A stretch of DNA of 64,000 nt from the human T2T-CHM13v2.0 reference genome, Homo sapiens: assembly GCF_009914755.1 (NCBI RefSeq), contig NC_060942.1; one strand, given 5' to 3'. Below the pieces are notes generated by a model that made no database searches, was not told where the DNA came from, and was given only the letters and a program-made list of their open reading frames with translations. This document shows positions 13,914 to 29,260 of the stretch, piece by piece (position 1 is the stretch's first letter; every line of letters begins with the position of its first letter). Both the position numbers and the translations under genes were made by a program.

Positions 13914-14599
13914 ATACATAACGAGATTAATAAAAGGTTAATGAATCCATTCTGGGGCCACACAGGACATTTAGGGAAGAAAAATATCTGGCAATGATAA
14001 TTCTTTGGAATGCTCCGCTCTTTACCTATCTGTTTAATTTGCTATCAAAACAATCAGTTAACAACTGGACAGAAAATGCAAAATGCCACCAGTTTTGAAT
14101 CATTTTACCCTAGGGCATGGCTATCACTCAGTTTCACCATTACCCACATTATCTAAATTGCTTGAACATGTTTATGCACGGTTAATGGATTGTATTGTAA
14201 AGAGTAAAGTTGGCCTGGACATAAATCTGGTGGCAGACCACATTTGATGATGACTGTGTTAATAGCCTTTACGCATGAATTCCTTTTATACATCAAGCCG
14301 ACCCACTGGCAAAGATATTCCTGAAAGATGGAGTGATTTCAAAGGCTTGGGGAAGATTATTGAGAATGAATGAAAAACACTTATAATTGATTTTCTAGTG
14401 ACAAAATTCAATGTTTATAGAAAATGTTGAAGATATGTAAATAAAGAAAAAATATTTCATGAGAGCAATATGTAGAAGATACAATATCTACCTTATTATT
14501 TTTCTTTGGTTTTCATGCAAAACCACATAAAGTTTTCTTAACAATGGGGTTTTCAGGGCCCAGATCTATCCTTTAGTGTTGGCTGCAAGTCCTACTTTG

Positions 14600-14860
14600 T
14601 CCAAGGTGCTTCCTTAACTCCCAGTTCTTATACCTAGTGATCTCATCCATCTCTGAAATTACTGTCACAACACATTAGGCATTCTCTTTATGACTTTGTT
14701 CTGTCACCATAACATACATTGTTTTCTCAACCTACTCTATAATTCCCAGAGGCCGGGAACCAGATGTTATATATTTTTCATATCTTCCACATTGCTTTTT
14801 ACAGTGATGTATACATAAGAGGTGCTCATGAGTGAGAAAATAAAGAAAATAAATGAATTA
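14600..14860 (+). mobile_element. L2 3' fragment
   Basis: CTATAATTCCCAGAGGCCGGGAACC...ACAGTG..TACATAAGAGGTGCTCA..AAATGAAT. Confidence 0.55.
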
Positions 14861-15367
14861 TAATGAATTAATTGGCAGTGCAAATGACCAAACTTTACCT
14901 AATCTTGTCAAATTGGTGCCACTTTTTAATTCAGATGATGCCAAAAGTCTAGCCAAAGGAAATTGCTATTACTCCAAAAACCCTATTTTGAGGTGGCTTT
15001 TTCTCTTTTCTATCTCTGCAGAGCTACTTGATACTTTACATTTGTGGTGTGCTTATCATTTTAAATGTAACTTTTCACACAGAATCTTGTCTAATTTTGA
15101 CAATAAGCCAGTTGTGTATTCAATAATTTAATTTTGCTGATTGTTTTAGAATCAATTACTGAATATAACATCTAGAGATATGTGTTTGGGAAGCAAAACA
15201 AGACAAAAGCAACAAACACAGAAAAATGTGGAGGATTCTCAAAACATGTGCTCAATGTTGCCTATCACATCTTATTTCTAGAAGCAGTCATAGGCATAGA
15301 AGCAAAAATTGAAAGGCAATGGTTTTCAATTTTTTTTAACCCTTGAACTCTTAAAAGGTAGGTAAAG

Positions 15368-15660
15368 GGCTGGGCGCATGGCTCAGGCCTGCAATCCCAG
15401 GACTTTGGGAGGTCGAGTCAGGTGGATCCCGAGGTCAGGAGATCGAGACCATCCTGGCCAACATGGTGAAACCCCGTCTCTACTAAAATACAAAAAATTA
15501 GCCAGGCGTGGTGGCACATGCGTATAGTCCCAGCTACTCCAGAGGCTGAGGCAGGGGAATTGCTTGAACCCAGGAGGCGGGGGTTGTGTTGAGCTGAGAT
15601 CACTCCAGCCTGGTGACAGACCAAGACTCTGTCTCATAAAAATAAAAAATAAAATAAAAT
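15368..15660 (+). mobile_element. Alu SINE, AluSc-like
   Basis: GAGATCGAGACCATCCTGGCCAACATGG and CCTGGTGACAGA. Degenerate TSD AAAAGGTAGGTAAAG / AAAAGACAGGTAAGG. Confidence 0.93.
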
Positions 15661-16523
15661 AAAAGACAGGTAAGGGTCTCACAGCAGTGCACTGTAACTC
15701 CCATGGGTAATATTTGCTCTCTCAGGTATCTGAAGAGGCGACAGTTTGCAGGATACATGGGATCCCACAGATGCCTACAAAGTCCTCCCTGATTTTTGTC
15801 TGCTTCCAGACACCAGGGTAGTGAGTCTGATCTCCAGTTCAAAGTGCACCACAAGGATATAAAAGTGCTAGTCACCATCTACTATCACCCTCAAGACTCG
15901 ACCATAAAATTCTGTTCTCTAAATTAAGCCATTAAGTCCTGAAGACAGCTATTAAAATACAAAGTGTGCCTTAACACAATAAAATGGTAGCAGATTATGA
16001 TATAATTCTCTCTCATTTTTAGTTTAATACATTTAGATGAATTAATCAGGTTCTTTGCTGTTGCTTTAAAATCTATGATTACAGCTTTAAAACTTAGGAA
16101 AGGCCAGTTTTGAAACAAATTGAAGGTAGTAAGAAAGACAATAATGAATTTAGCATATAGGGTATCACAGATAAATGTCCTATTGACTTAGGATACATAA
16201 CAAAATATTAATAAGGCTCTGTACTGTTGAACTGATGTGTCTAAATATGAGATTTAGGATGGGTTAATTAATTGGAATCTTACTTCATGGTGTTCAGGCT
16301 CTGGGACTTTTTCCTCACTTTCACCATTTATTTGTTACTCGGAGATGTTGTTGAGAGACAGGGAGTAGAGTCAAAACTAAATGGAAGTGGAAGTCCATTT
16401 CCAGATGTTCTCCTTTGAACAGATTTGTCCTCTTCTATGATCACATGCCCTTTATAACTTTGTCACCTCTGCCTTTATAGTTTCTAATTTACATGTCCAT
16501 AAAATTAAGTGAACTCAACTTAA

Positions 16524-16946
<423 letters not shown>

Positions 16947-17849
16947 TAATGACTTGAAATAAATTTGTGACACCTGTCGTGTATGCATATTTACAATTAG
17001 TTATGCCTTCAATTGATATAAAAATGATCAAAAAGTAGATCTATCTGCTAAGTCATTTGGGGTATTTAATGAGATGATGTTGAGTTGTTACAATTGACAC
17101 TGCACAATTTTAATAACAAGCTACGCTATACTTTTAAATTCTGACTATGTACAAGTTAAAATCCCATCCAGGTCATTGGCATAAACTCAGACTACGTTGA
17201 AACATAGCAACTGAATCCATCATTTGGAATAAATTAATAAAATATTCCTTGCAGAATTTCTAATATTTTATCATGTGTATTTATTTTCTAGCCTTTGCAC
17301 GTTAAAAGCATGAAACTTGAAATAAAGACCCATAGAATATTATACAGGTTACAAGTATTGGAGGATTCATTTCTCACATATACATTTATATTTTTGGCTT
17401 CTTTACTCATATTTTAAGCTATTATTATAATTTTTATTTGGTCTCTACAGCAGAATATCTCAGAATCTGAGGATTTGCCCTTTTAGATCTGTATCTCTCA
17501 TTCAGTCTAGTAAAGTCCTGTGTACATGTTCAATAATTTTCAGTAATTGTATGGATTTTCCAGCTATTTTAGGTTCTACAAAAAGGCAATTCAAATATTT
17601 GTTCTCCTAAATCTCTGACCTGTGTCAAACCTAAAAATAGGTTGCAATGCATGTTTAGAAAAAAACTCTGGGTTTATGTTCCAATTAAATGATTAAATTT
17701 ATTGTATTCAAATAAAACTTATTTTCAACTTGTAAGTTCTGTGTAAACTAGATTCAAAGGAGATAATCTATTCTTTCTCTGCCTTCTCTTATTTCTTATT
17801 ACTGGTAGCTTAGTACATGGTTTGATCCTTTAACTGTATCATGAAATTA

Positions 17850-18040
17850 GTAATTCATTGTTTAACTTTATTATTATTCTTTAAACATTAGCTCTAACTC
17901 TATAAATATGATGTAAACTCCTTGAGGACAAGGACCATGTCTTACGCTACTTTGGTTCCCCACATTCTATAACTAAGATTAGTACAAAGTGGTGTAGTAC
18001 ATGTACCTTTATAGTTTTATTACTTAATATGTTTCCCAAT
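17850..18040 (+). mobile_element. L2 3' fragment
   Basis: GATGTAAACTCCTTGAGGACAAGGACCATGTCTT. Confidence 0.65.
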
Positions 18041-18519
18041 TCTCCAATCAATAGGTCAGAGAAGAAGATGATATAACCTTAGTTTGATTGTCAGGGGCCT
18101 ATTATATTATTCACATTATATTTCCATAACTCTTTGCCTAGGATCTTTAAGATAGTAAGCTTATAATAAGTAACTAGCAAGTGGGAGATCTTGCATGATT
18201 ATCCAGGAAGGCAAGTGAGAGGCAAAATTCCACCTCACTTTTCCAATCAGCAGAGGGTGAAACATTTTTGTGTGGGGAGGTTTTAAGCCTCCTTCCATAC
18301 CCAGAATGCTCTGTCATTAATTGAGCCCCTACCTTTCTTTTAGGGTCTTAAGAGTAACTGTGAACTTAACTTGGCCTTTGGAACCGAAACAAACATAGTT
18401 TTATTTCTCTGCATATTTCTCTGTCTATGAGACCAGGCATACCGTTGAACAATACTGAGAATTAAAAACAAACAGCTAAAGTACTTGTTCTAGAAAATAT
18501 TTGCTCCAAGAAGATAAGA

Positions 18520-18848
18520 CTATAATTAAAATAGCTTTATATCTAGATTAACAACTTGATCATAAAAATTTACATTAAGACCTTGGCCTTACTGTATCCA
18601 TCAATCCAATACTAGTATGACATAAATACTGAGTAATCCCAACTATTTGCCCTTCCTGCAGGACCCAACTTAAAATCACACAACTACTACCCAGACCCCA
18701 AATCCTACAACTACTCTTCTCTGATCTCTTTTTCAGATGCTAATAACAGGCTATAAAGGTGGTATTCTCCCTTACTGGAGTAGGTGTAAAAAACTTGGAT
18801 TTACTTTATTAATACATTTCTATGATAAAATTTAGGGAGAGTCAACAT
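18520..18848 (+). mobile_element. Old ERV LTR 3' portion (family uncertain)
   Basis: AAGGTGGTATTCTCCCTTACTG...GGGAGAGTCAACA, an LTR-like end. Confidence 0.4.
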
Positions 18849-19749
18849 CCAACAATTTTCTAAATCAGGTGGGAAATCAGTCATCAGAATTATATATTAT
18901 AAGTGTTCTCATTTCTAAAAAAACAGCAAAATATTTTGCACAGCTAAGACATATCTCTATCAAATGTTATTTTATGAGATTTCAACACAGTTTTTACGTT
19001 CTTGAGATAACAAGGCCTGGTGGGATCTTGCTTTTTTGAGGTTAGATTATTGTATAGAAAGTTTTCATCAGGGAAATACTCTCTACCCTTCTAATGATTT
19101 TACTTAAGCATTACCATTGTGAAATTTATAAGAGATTAAGAGGTAAATTTTCATTCCAGAAGCATTTTGAAAGGGAAGAATAGTCATTCAAGATATACAA
19201 TTATAAGAGAGGTTAACCATCTCTGCTCACTGCTATAATTCACCAAATGTATCACACAATAAAATTCTGTGATAACTCACTTTTCCTGACAAAACCTGTA
19301 ATGAGAACAGAAAATGGAATAAATTCATCTATTCACTTGACCCAACCTGTAAGTAGAAAGGGGGTAAATGCCACAGAATTATACCTTCTAAAAGTCACCA
19401 TCCAGCTGTAGTCTCATGGTTTTCCTCAGATTACTTAGCTATATATCTTTTATAAATCTTACCTCTCATTTCAAAAAGTTCACAAAGTCTAGTCAGCATT
19501 TTAGATAATAGTTACAGAATGTAACCTAGAAAAACATTTTGAATCCTGTTTTTTCTATTTTATATAGCATATAGCTTTCTAGCTTGCCTCAGAGTTACTA
19601 ATTACATCACATGCTACAAAAGGATGATGATATGCAAACATTTGATAAACATCTACTATACATAGATAACTCTGCTAGCTGAATCATTAGTGAAATTTTA
19701 GTATTTTTTTTAAGAGGCACTATGTCTGTTCTGTCTTTATTGAGAGTGA

Positions 19750-20387
19750 TGTTGGGGCTCAAAAAATACCCCAAAATGAAGCCCTCAGAAGCAGCCTCAG
19801 AAGTAAAAGTTTTTATTTGACTTTCTTCTGCCCTCCTGTTTCTCAGGCCCATTCGAAAGTGCCTAGCCATAGAAACTGGAATCCTTCTTTCCAAAGGTGG
19901 ATCATAGAGACCAGAATCCCTTTTCCTTAAACCATCCATAAAGCCTAAAGATAATCTTCTAACTTTCCCTCACCTTTCTATGTAAAAACTATCCAAAAAG
20001 AAATTGTATGTGATCTACTTTGTTTGACTGTAGGTCATTAGACCTTTGTTCAGGAGAGAGTCCTATCTCATACCTAGAAGGAAGGAATTGCATACTCAGA
20101 GAGGCCAAGAACAATCTAGGCAGACATGCCTTGCTGGGTTACCCTACTCCATCTAGCAGCATTAGATCACACCCTTTTTGCCCAATCATATTTCTGTACA
20201 GCTATCTATACTTTGTTGAGCCTACACATAAAACTAGACAATTTCTCTTGAACCTTTTTCATTCTATGAAGCCTTCTGTGTATACACATTAAATTCATTT
20301 GTATGCCTTTTCTCCAACTAATCTGCCTTAGGGGGAGTGATTTTTCAGCAAAACTTCAGAAGGCCAAGGGGAACTATGACCCCTATA
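19750..20387 (+). mobile_element. Solo ERV1 LTR, MER39 family
   Basis: Starts TGTTGGGGCTCA...ACCCCAAAATGAAG.CCTCAGAAGCAGCCTCAGAAG. Perfect 4-bp TSD GTGA (19746-19749, 20388-20391). Confidence 0.88.
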
Positions 20388-20525
20388 GTGATATCAAGAG
20401 GAACACAAGACAAACAGTCACAGTACTGTTCTAACTGGATTCTGCCTTCAATTCTTCCAAGAGCAAGCTCCTTAAAATCACCCATGTTCAATTTTTCTTC
20501 TGAATATGAAGGGATTAGACTAAAA

Positions 20526-20614
20526 GAGTGGTTCTCAAATAGTAGGAGAGGGGAATTTTTCCCATCTTTCCCAAGAAGATATTTGGCAATTCCTTGAGAA
20601 GTCTTTTTCTTTTC

Positions 20615-20645
<31 letters not shown>

Positions 20646-21077
20646 AGACGGAGTTTTGCTCTGTCGCCCAGGCTGGAGTGCAGTGGTGGGATCTCGGCTC
20701 ACTGAAAGCTCCGCCTCCCAGTTCACGCTGTTCTCCTGCCTCAGCCTCCGGAGCAGCTGGGACCACAGGCACCCGCCACCACGCCCGGCTAATTTTTTGT
20801 ATTTTTAGTAGAGACGGGGTTTCACCATGTTAGCCAGGATGGTCTCGATCTCCTGACCCGCCCACCTCGGCCTTCCAAAGTGCTCGGATTACTGGCGTGA
20901 GCCAGCAGGCCCGGCCAAGACGTTTTTAATTATCCAACTAGGGTTAGTTGTGATACTAGCATCTAGTCAGGAGAGGCCAGGGATATTGTGAAACATCCCA
21001 CAAACTACAAGGTCACGTTCCACAGCAAAACATTATGTGTCCTAAAATATCTGTAGCTTTATAGTTGAGAAATACTG
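20526..21077 (+). mobile_element. MER20 (hAT-Charlie) interrupted by an Alu
   Basis: AGTGGTTCTCAA...ATTTGGCAAT [Alu] GCATCTAGT..GAGAGGCCAGGGAT...AAACATCC...GTTGAGAAATACTG. Confidence 0.8.
20603..20916 (-). mobile_element. Alu SINE, AluY-like, many CpGs retained
   Basis: AAGCTCCGCCTCCC, TTCACGC, TTAGCCAGGATGGTCTCGATCTCCTGACC. Confidence 0.95.
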
Positions 21078-21695
21078 AACTAAAACTTCTCTAAGATCCC
21101 ACTTCAAATTCTATAAATCTTCATCTAACTCTTTTTTCTCTATGTGATTCTTTTCAGCTCATTTTTATATCAAATCACACATTTATGGACAACAGCATTG
21201 AGTTATTTGTTGGAAGATAAAAGTTTTAATTACCCTGGTATAATGTTTTTCCTGACCTAGTCTAACAGATCCTTAGCATAAGAGCTTATAATTGGATACA
21301 CAAACAATTATACAAATAAATTACTAAAAATACCTTATTATAGAACAAGACAAGTCAAGACATTTTAGGTAAAAGAGCTTAATCCTGCTGGTGTCATTTA
21401 CAACTACATCCCACACACATCATAGCCAGCCCCTGAAAAGGGCCTGCATAAATCACAAAGTAAGAATTGTACAATGAAGTGGCTATGCCCTGGATGTTTT
21501 TGCATACATTGATATGAAGGGGATCTTTATTTCTGCAATTGGAGTGTACTGGACAATTTGATTTGGGACAGGTTGCAGGCCAAAAGTGATTTACGGAGGG
21601 AATTACATGGTATTTGGTAATGCTCAAGACCTAGGTACTGGGAATCAGTCTTGGGCTACATAGATAAGACCAAAGGTGATTTAATAACATTTGCA

Positions 21696-22019
<324 letters not shown>

Positions 22020-22324
22020 TCAAGCAGAGTTGCTCTTAATATCAGGTGATAATATATGAAAGCTATGGAAAGAGGACCATCTCTGCACTTCTGTATGAAT
22101 ACCTGTTCTGCTCTGGAATCTAAGAGCTCTCAGGAGTAGAGGCACTTTGCACTCTCCCAGTGAGCCCCAATAGCAGTGTGCTATTTTCAGAAGCTTCACT
22201 AGAAGAGGGACAAAAATGTATGACTAGGCACAAGAACGGGAGAGGAGAAACCCACAGAAGTAGACAGTGCAGCGTTAATGCCACAAAGGAGTCCCCTGAA
22301 TGGAAACTTGCCCCATTAGAATTT

Positions 22325-24335
<2,011 letters not shown>

Positions 24336-25878
24336 TCTGTTCCTTTAGAACTTGAACAAAAATGATGCCATTTCTTTTGATCTCCAATTAGGAAGAGGAT
24401 GGGGAGAATAGACTGAGAATACCCTCTCTAGGAGGAGTGCTACCTATTTTAAGAAACATAAAAATTTCCATCAGTTTCTATGTAGTCTCTACTAGGCTGC
24501 AGAGAGCTTAGTAATGAACCCTGGTTTTTATGCATTCTTTATGCCAGCAGACTAGAGTTAAGGCAGGGCCTGAAAGAAAGCAGATGATCCAAAGAGAAAA
24601 AATGACCTCATTCTGCACAGCCATGTTCCTATATTCCCAGGATGGCAAGCACCTGCGCAGGTTACCCTTTGTATGAGGGAAAAAAAATCTTTCTTAAAAC
24701 CTATCTATCTCTGAGAATTAGGCTTTGTGTTTATAAAGGATGCATGCATGTGTATGGGTGTGTGTGTTTTTGTGTGTTTCTGTATCACACATTAATTTAC
24801 ATTGTACACAAATGTATGGACAAGATGCAGCTTCTTTACTTTGTTTATAACAGACCTGATCTTTCTCATAAGATTTACACCTGAGTATAGTGAGAAAATA
24901 AAATAAAACAACTATATTTGGGCAATCTGCTTTAAAACTTGTTAGGACTCAATAGCTTAAATAGACTATTTAGGTTTACATTGAACTGTTTACTCAATAT
25001 TCCATATTTATCTCCTCCACTTACAGCTACTCTCAGATAATATATGAGTAATGAGGAAAGAGTTTGACTAACCTGATGGCAGTTAGGGAAAGGACATTTT
25101 TCATCCCTTGCCTGGGTGACATTCTCTGAAATATGCTTGACCTTAGTTCCATCTCTGGCATCTCCTGACTGATTTGAGCAGCAGCAGCAATCTGTATTTT
25201 TGCACTCAATCAGGGACTGCCAGATGACTCAACTTCCCCTTTTCTTTCTTGCCTTTTAGTCTCATTGGGTACTTATTTCAGACTCTCTAATCCACATCTC
25301 TGTCATGACATCACCAACTACTCCACCACTCTATGCCCCATGGGAGGCAAGCTGGTTCTCAATGGAACATTCACATGACAGCATAGACTAAGGCTCAGAA
25401 ATATAACAGAGACCCCCATCTCTTTCTGACCATGCTGTTCCACTAGATTAACAAATTGATACTCTTCTTATTTTGGGTTGGGGTCACCCATTTTGTTAAG
25501 AGATTCTGCAGAGCAATCTTCTTCTAGAGTTTCTAAAAATAAATACATCCAGAGTCTCTCTGTCCTCTATTTTCATCAAATTATCCAATACACCTCCTCT
25601 TCTCCCTTTCAGTAGGCTTGTGCTAAACAGGGGCTAAACAAACCTAGAACACCTTATCTCCTTTAAATATGACTGGCTTTTATTCATATTATTTCCAAGC
25701 ATACTATTTTGAATGCCAGAAAATTTTTTAGATCTCTCTGTATTGCAACTACCACAATCCTAATCCTACCTTCTATCCTGGATGTTTGATATTTAAGCAT
25801 GACAGAGGAGAGGATCTGGTATGTTGAAAAATAAGAGAAAAGCATTTTACTTTTTTCTACTTTTTAAAAATTAATAAT

Positions 25879-26238
25879 TGATATGGTTTGACTCTGTGTC
25901 CCTACCCAAAATTCATCTCAAATTGCAATCCCCATGTACTAAGGGAGGGACCTGGTGAGAGATGATTGGATCATGGGGGCTGGTTCCCCTATGCTGTTCT
26001 TATGATAGAGAGCGAGTTCTCATGAGATCTGATGGTTTAAAAGTGGCACTTCTCCCTTCACTCTCTCTCTCTCCTGCCACCACGTGAAGAAGGTCATTGC
26101 CTCCCCCTTGCCTTCCGCCATGATTGTAAGTTTCCTGAGGCCTCCCCAGCCATGTGGACCTGTGAGTCAATTAAACCTTTTTCATCATAAATTACTCACT
26201 CTCGGGTAGTTCTTTATAGCATGTGAAAATAAGCTACA
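25879..26238 (+). mobile_element. Solo MaLR LTR, THE1C/THE1D-like
   Basis: TGATATGGTTTG.CTCTGTGTCCC...CCATGATTGTAAGTTTCCTGAGGCCTCCCCAGCCATG...CTACA. Near-TSD ATAAT/ATAAA. Confidence 0.92.
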
Positions 26239-28634
26239 ATAAAATGCAATAATATCACACACATCTGTAATATGATCCAGAGAGACAAAAAGATGCTTTG
26301 ACTGATGAAGCCAAACATATTGCATTGTGGTAAATATTATTTGATACAACCACCTTTATCCAAAAGCAGAAATCAATAATTTGAGGTTCCTGGTTTTAAA
26401 TTGTAGTGCCAATTTCATATTTGTGAGTCCATTAAAACTTGATCTAATTCTCACAGGCTCTCCCTTTATACATTTATTACTAATGTATTTTATTGTGTGC
26501 TACGCATCATGCATTACACTTCACAACTCAACATACAAACTGCCTGAACTGAAATACGTGTTGGTTAACATTAGTGTTTCAGCCTCCTGAGGAAGTGTCA
26601 TTTTTCATTGCAATTCAACTCTCTATTCTGGGTTTATATAACTCTCCCAACAAGATTATGAAACTCCTGAGAACAAAGAACAAATCTCCTAACTTTTTAT
26701 ATTTTCACTGTTGCCTATGATTAGGTAGAGGATAATGTTGGGGAGCATAAAACACATACTGAATAATCTGTTGATACTTAGAAACTTTGACTTCCCACAG
26801 ATAGCAATTTGGGATTCACATGCCTCCTGTTTTTTTTTTTTTCCTCTGTCTTCACTGTTGTACCTCCAACAACAAGATGAGGCATTTTATCCAATGAATA
26901 GAGCAGAAGCCTCAAATCTGGAAACTGTAGACTAATGTTTATAAATTGTGATCATCCTCTGGTCACAGATTATAGAATTTACTGTGTTATGCCAGCAAAA
27001 TAAATTATCCATCCTTACTGAAAACTTTTAGACAAGCATATCTAATTTGGCAGAGTCTTCCTTTTGTTGGCTTTTGGAATTCAAGGGTATGTAGGTGTGT
27101 ATATGCATTTATCTTAGACTTCTCATCATTCGAAAGGACACTTTGAAAAAGCTTGACAAAATCAAAGGACCCTTAACCTTAATTATCAAAGTTTACCTCT
27201 ACCATTATTCTTCCGTTAAATATACCAATATTTAACTCTGCCTGATTTTCTTTGTGGTATTTTTACCAGTGAAGAAGAAAATTCTCCCACTACACCTTTC
27301 CTGGTCTCTGTAGTTCACTAAAGAAAAACGATCTAGATAAGAGTAAACAAACAATGTTATTGAACCTCTTATAAGCAGTAACATAAATTTCTTTCAAATT
27401 AAATTTGGAAGCCACACATGCTTTCTTGGAAATTCCAGGAAATGAACTCTCCAATTCTTTCTCTGAATTAACTCCTAGTATATTCATTGGAACCTTTCTC
27501 ATGTCCTCAGCCCTGTTTCCACTAGTGCCAGGTGAAGTATTTTAGCAGTGCAAAAGCTTTGAATATGGCTACAGAACACCTCAACCCGAATCTCAAGCCA
27601 TAATACAGAAAATTCTAGAAAGCCCCTTTCAAATGGTCAGCAAAGGGTGTGTATTTCAAGAATAAGTCTAAATAAACTAGTGAGAAGCCAAAATAAATAA
27701 TCGGGGTACTGAAGCCAAACTAATTGCATCAGGTACTGGGTCTGTTAAAAAGAAACAATGATGAGATATCATTAAGAAATTGTTCTGGGGAACTAGCAAC
27801 TCTATTCACAAATTGAATGACAAGATTGTATAAGAAAATGAAAAAAAAAAACGATATGAAATTGATACTGTTAAACAGAGTCAATCAGCCCTTTCAATAA
27901 CTTCCTGACCCAGAACACAGGATGTAACACTTTCCTATCAATCACTCACATCTACCTGTTGGTTGCCATGCCTTTCTCCCTTTTATTTGGAAAGTTTGAA
28001 TCATCACAGGGGAAGTTGAACCAGGTATCAACACTTGAAGTACTCACACCATTAATGTGATTTTCAATTTTCTTTTCAATTTCATCTTTTTCCACATTAT
28101 GCCCCTGAATAATTGAAAACAAAATTTTATAAATTACAAATCCACATGAAACCTCTGTGTACAATAGTCATTTAATTAGTCAAGCCTTTCTGTTGTTGTT
28201 ATCATTAATAGAGTAATTGGGTTTCTATTGCATACTCTGCACTCTGGTGTACTCTGATGGGAAGTCAGAGCTGCTGTTCTTTCATGGGAAATAGCCAGAC
28301 ATCTGGGCACTGTCTTCAAACGAGAATAGCACAGGAATGGAATTGAAAACTCTGTCTTCATCATTTTGGCAGTTTTCAAAGAGACTCGCTCATATTGAAA
28401 TTCTTGAGTTTTTAGGGAGAAATTCTGTGCTATTTACACCATGCCACTCAATCTGTTCTTCCATTTATCCAATGTGAAGAACCAGATCCTTTTTCACAGA
28501 GCCTGAGTTACACTAATGTCTTCATTTCTGCCTAGCAAGAAATTCCAGTGACTTCAACCCACAAGCTTAACAATTTTCAGTCCTCCACTAAGCCTCGCCA
28601 AGGCAGGTTAATTTTTAGGAGGCTCCATATATCC

Positions 28635-29260
28635 TGAAAGGTGGGGATTGCTATAGACCCAGCTCACCATGTGCCCACAATCTTTGCCTATGTATGGAAA
28701 TGTATGCCTTGTATAAAAAGCCCCAACCACCTGCCTTACTTACTAAATGGACATTCAGCTGCTCTTTGGGAACCTGAGCTTCAGTCTGATTGACAAGAGT
28801 CCATATCTTGTAACTCATTCTTATCAGCTCTCATTCCTAAGAGGTTAGACTCTGTACTTCACACACACAACTAGTTATAGCCCAGTTACTGACTCAGCAT
28901 ATCACCTCAGCCATGAGCAGTATTATCTGTTCTTTGTAACAATCCCTCACAACAAACTCTGGCATGCTAATCCAATCCAATGCAAGCTGGTCCTAATCCA
29001 GTGCAAGTTTTGATGACTGATTGTGCATAGCTGGCCATCCCAATGTGTCCCTGGGCATGCTATGTTGGGCCTCAGTCCACTTACTTTCCTTGAGGACCTG
29101 ATGTGGAGTCCCTGTGTTCTGCAAATCCAAGCCCATCTGCTATTGTTATTACCAGCACAGATAGATTGAATTTAATTTCTTGACCAAATTTCTCCTGTGG
29201 CCTTCACATGGTATATTATGGCATCTCAAGTAAATAGGCACATAGCAATGTATAAACATA
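28635..29260 (+). mobile_element. Possible ancient LTR relic (family unresolved)
   Basis: About 620 bp, slightly richer in GC than its flanks, with plausible TG...CA bounds. No TSD seen. Confidence 0.3.

Noticed and set aside
27290-28379. Three neighbouring minus-strand ORFs read as one gene or pseudogene
   Set aside because: No recognisable homology, no consistent splicing between them, and lengths in the chance range. Only the 57-nt exon-like piece is kept as a weak finding.
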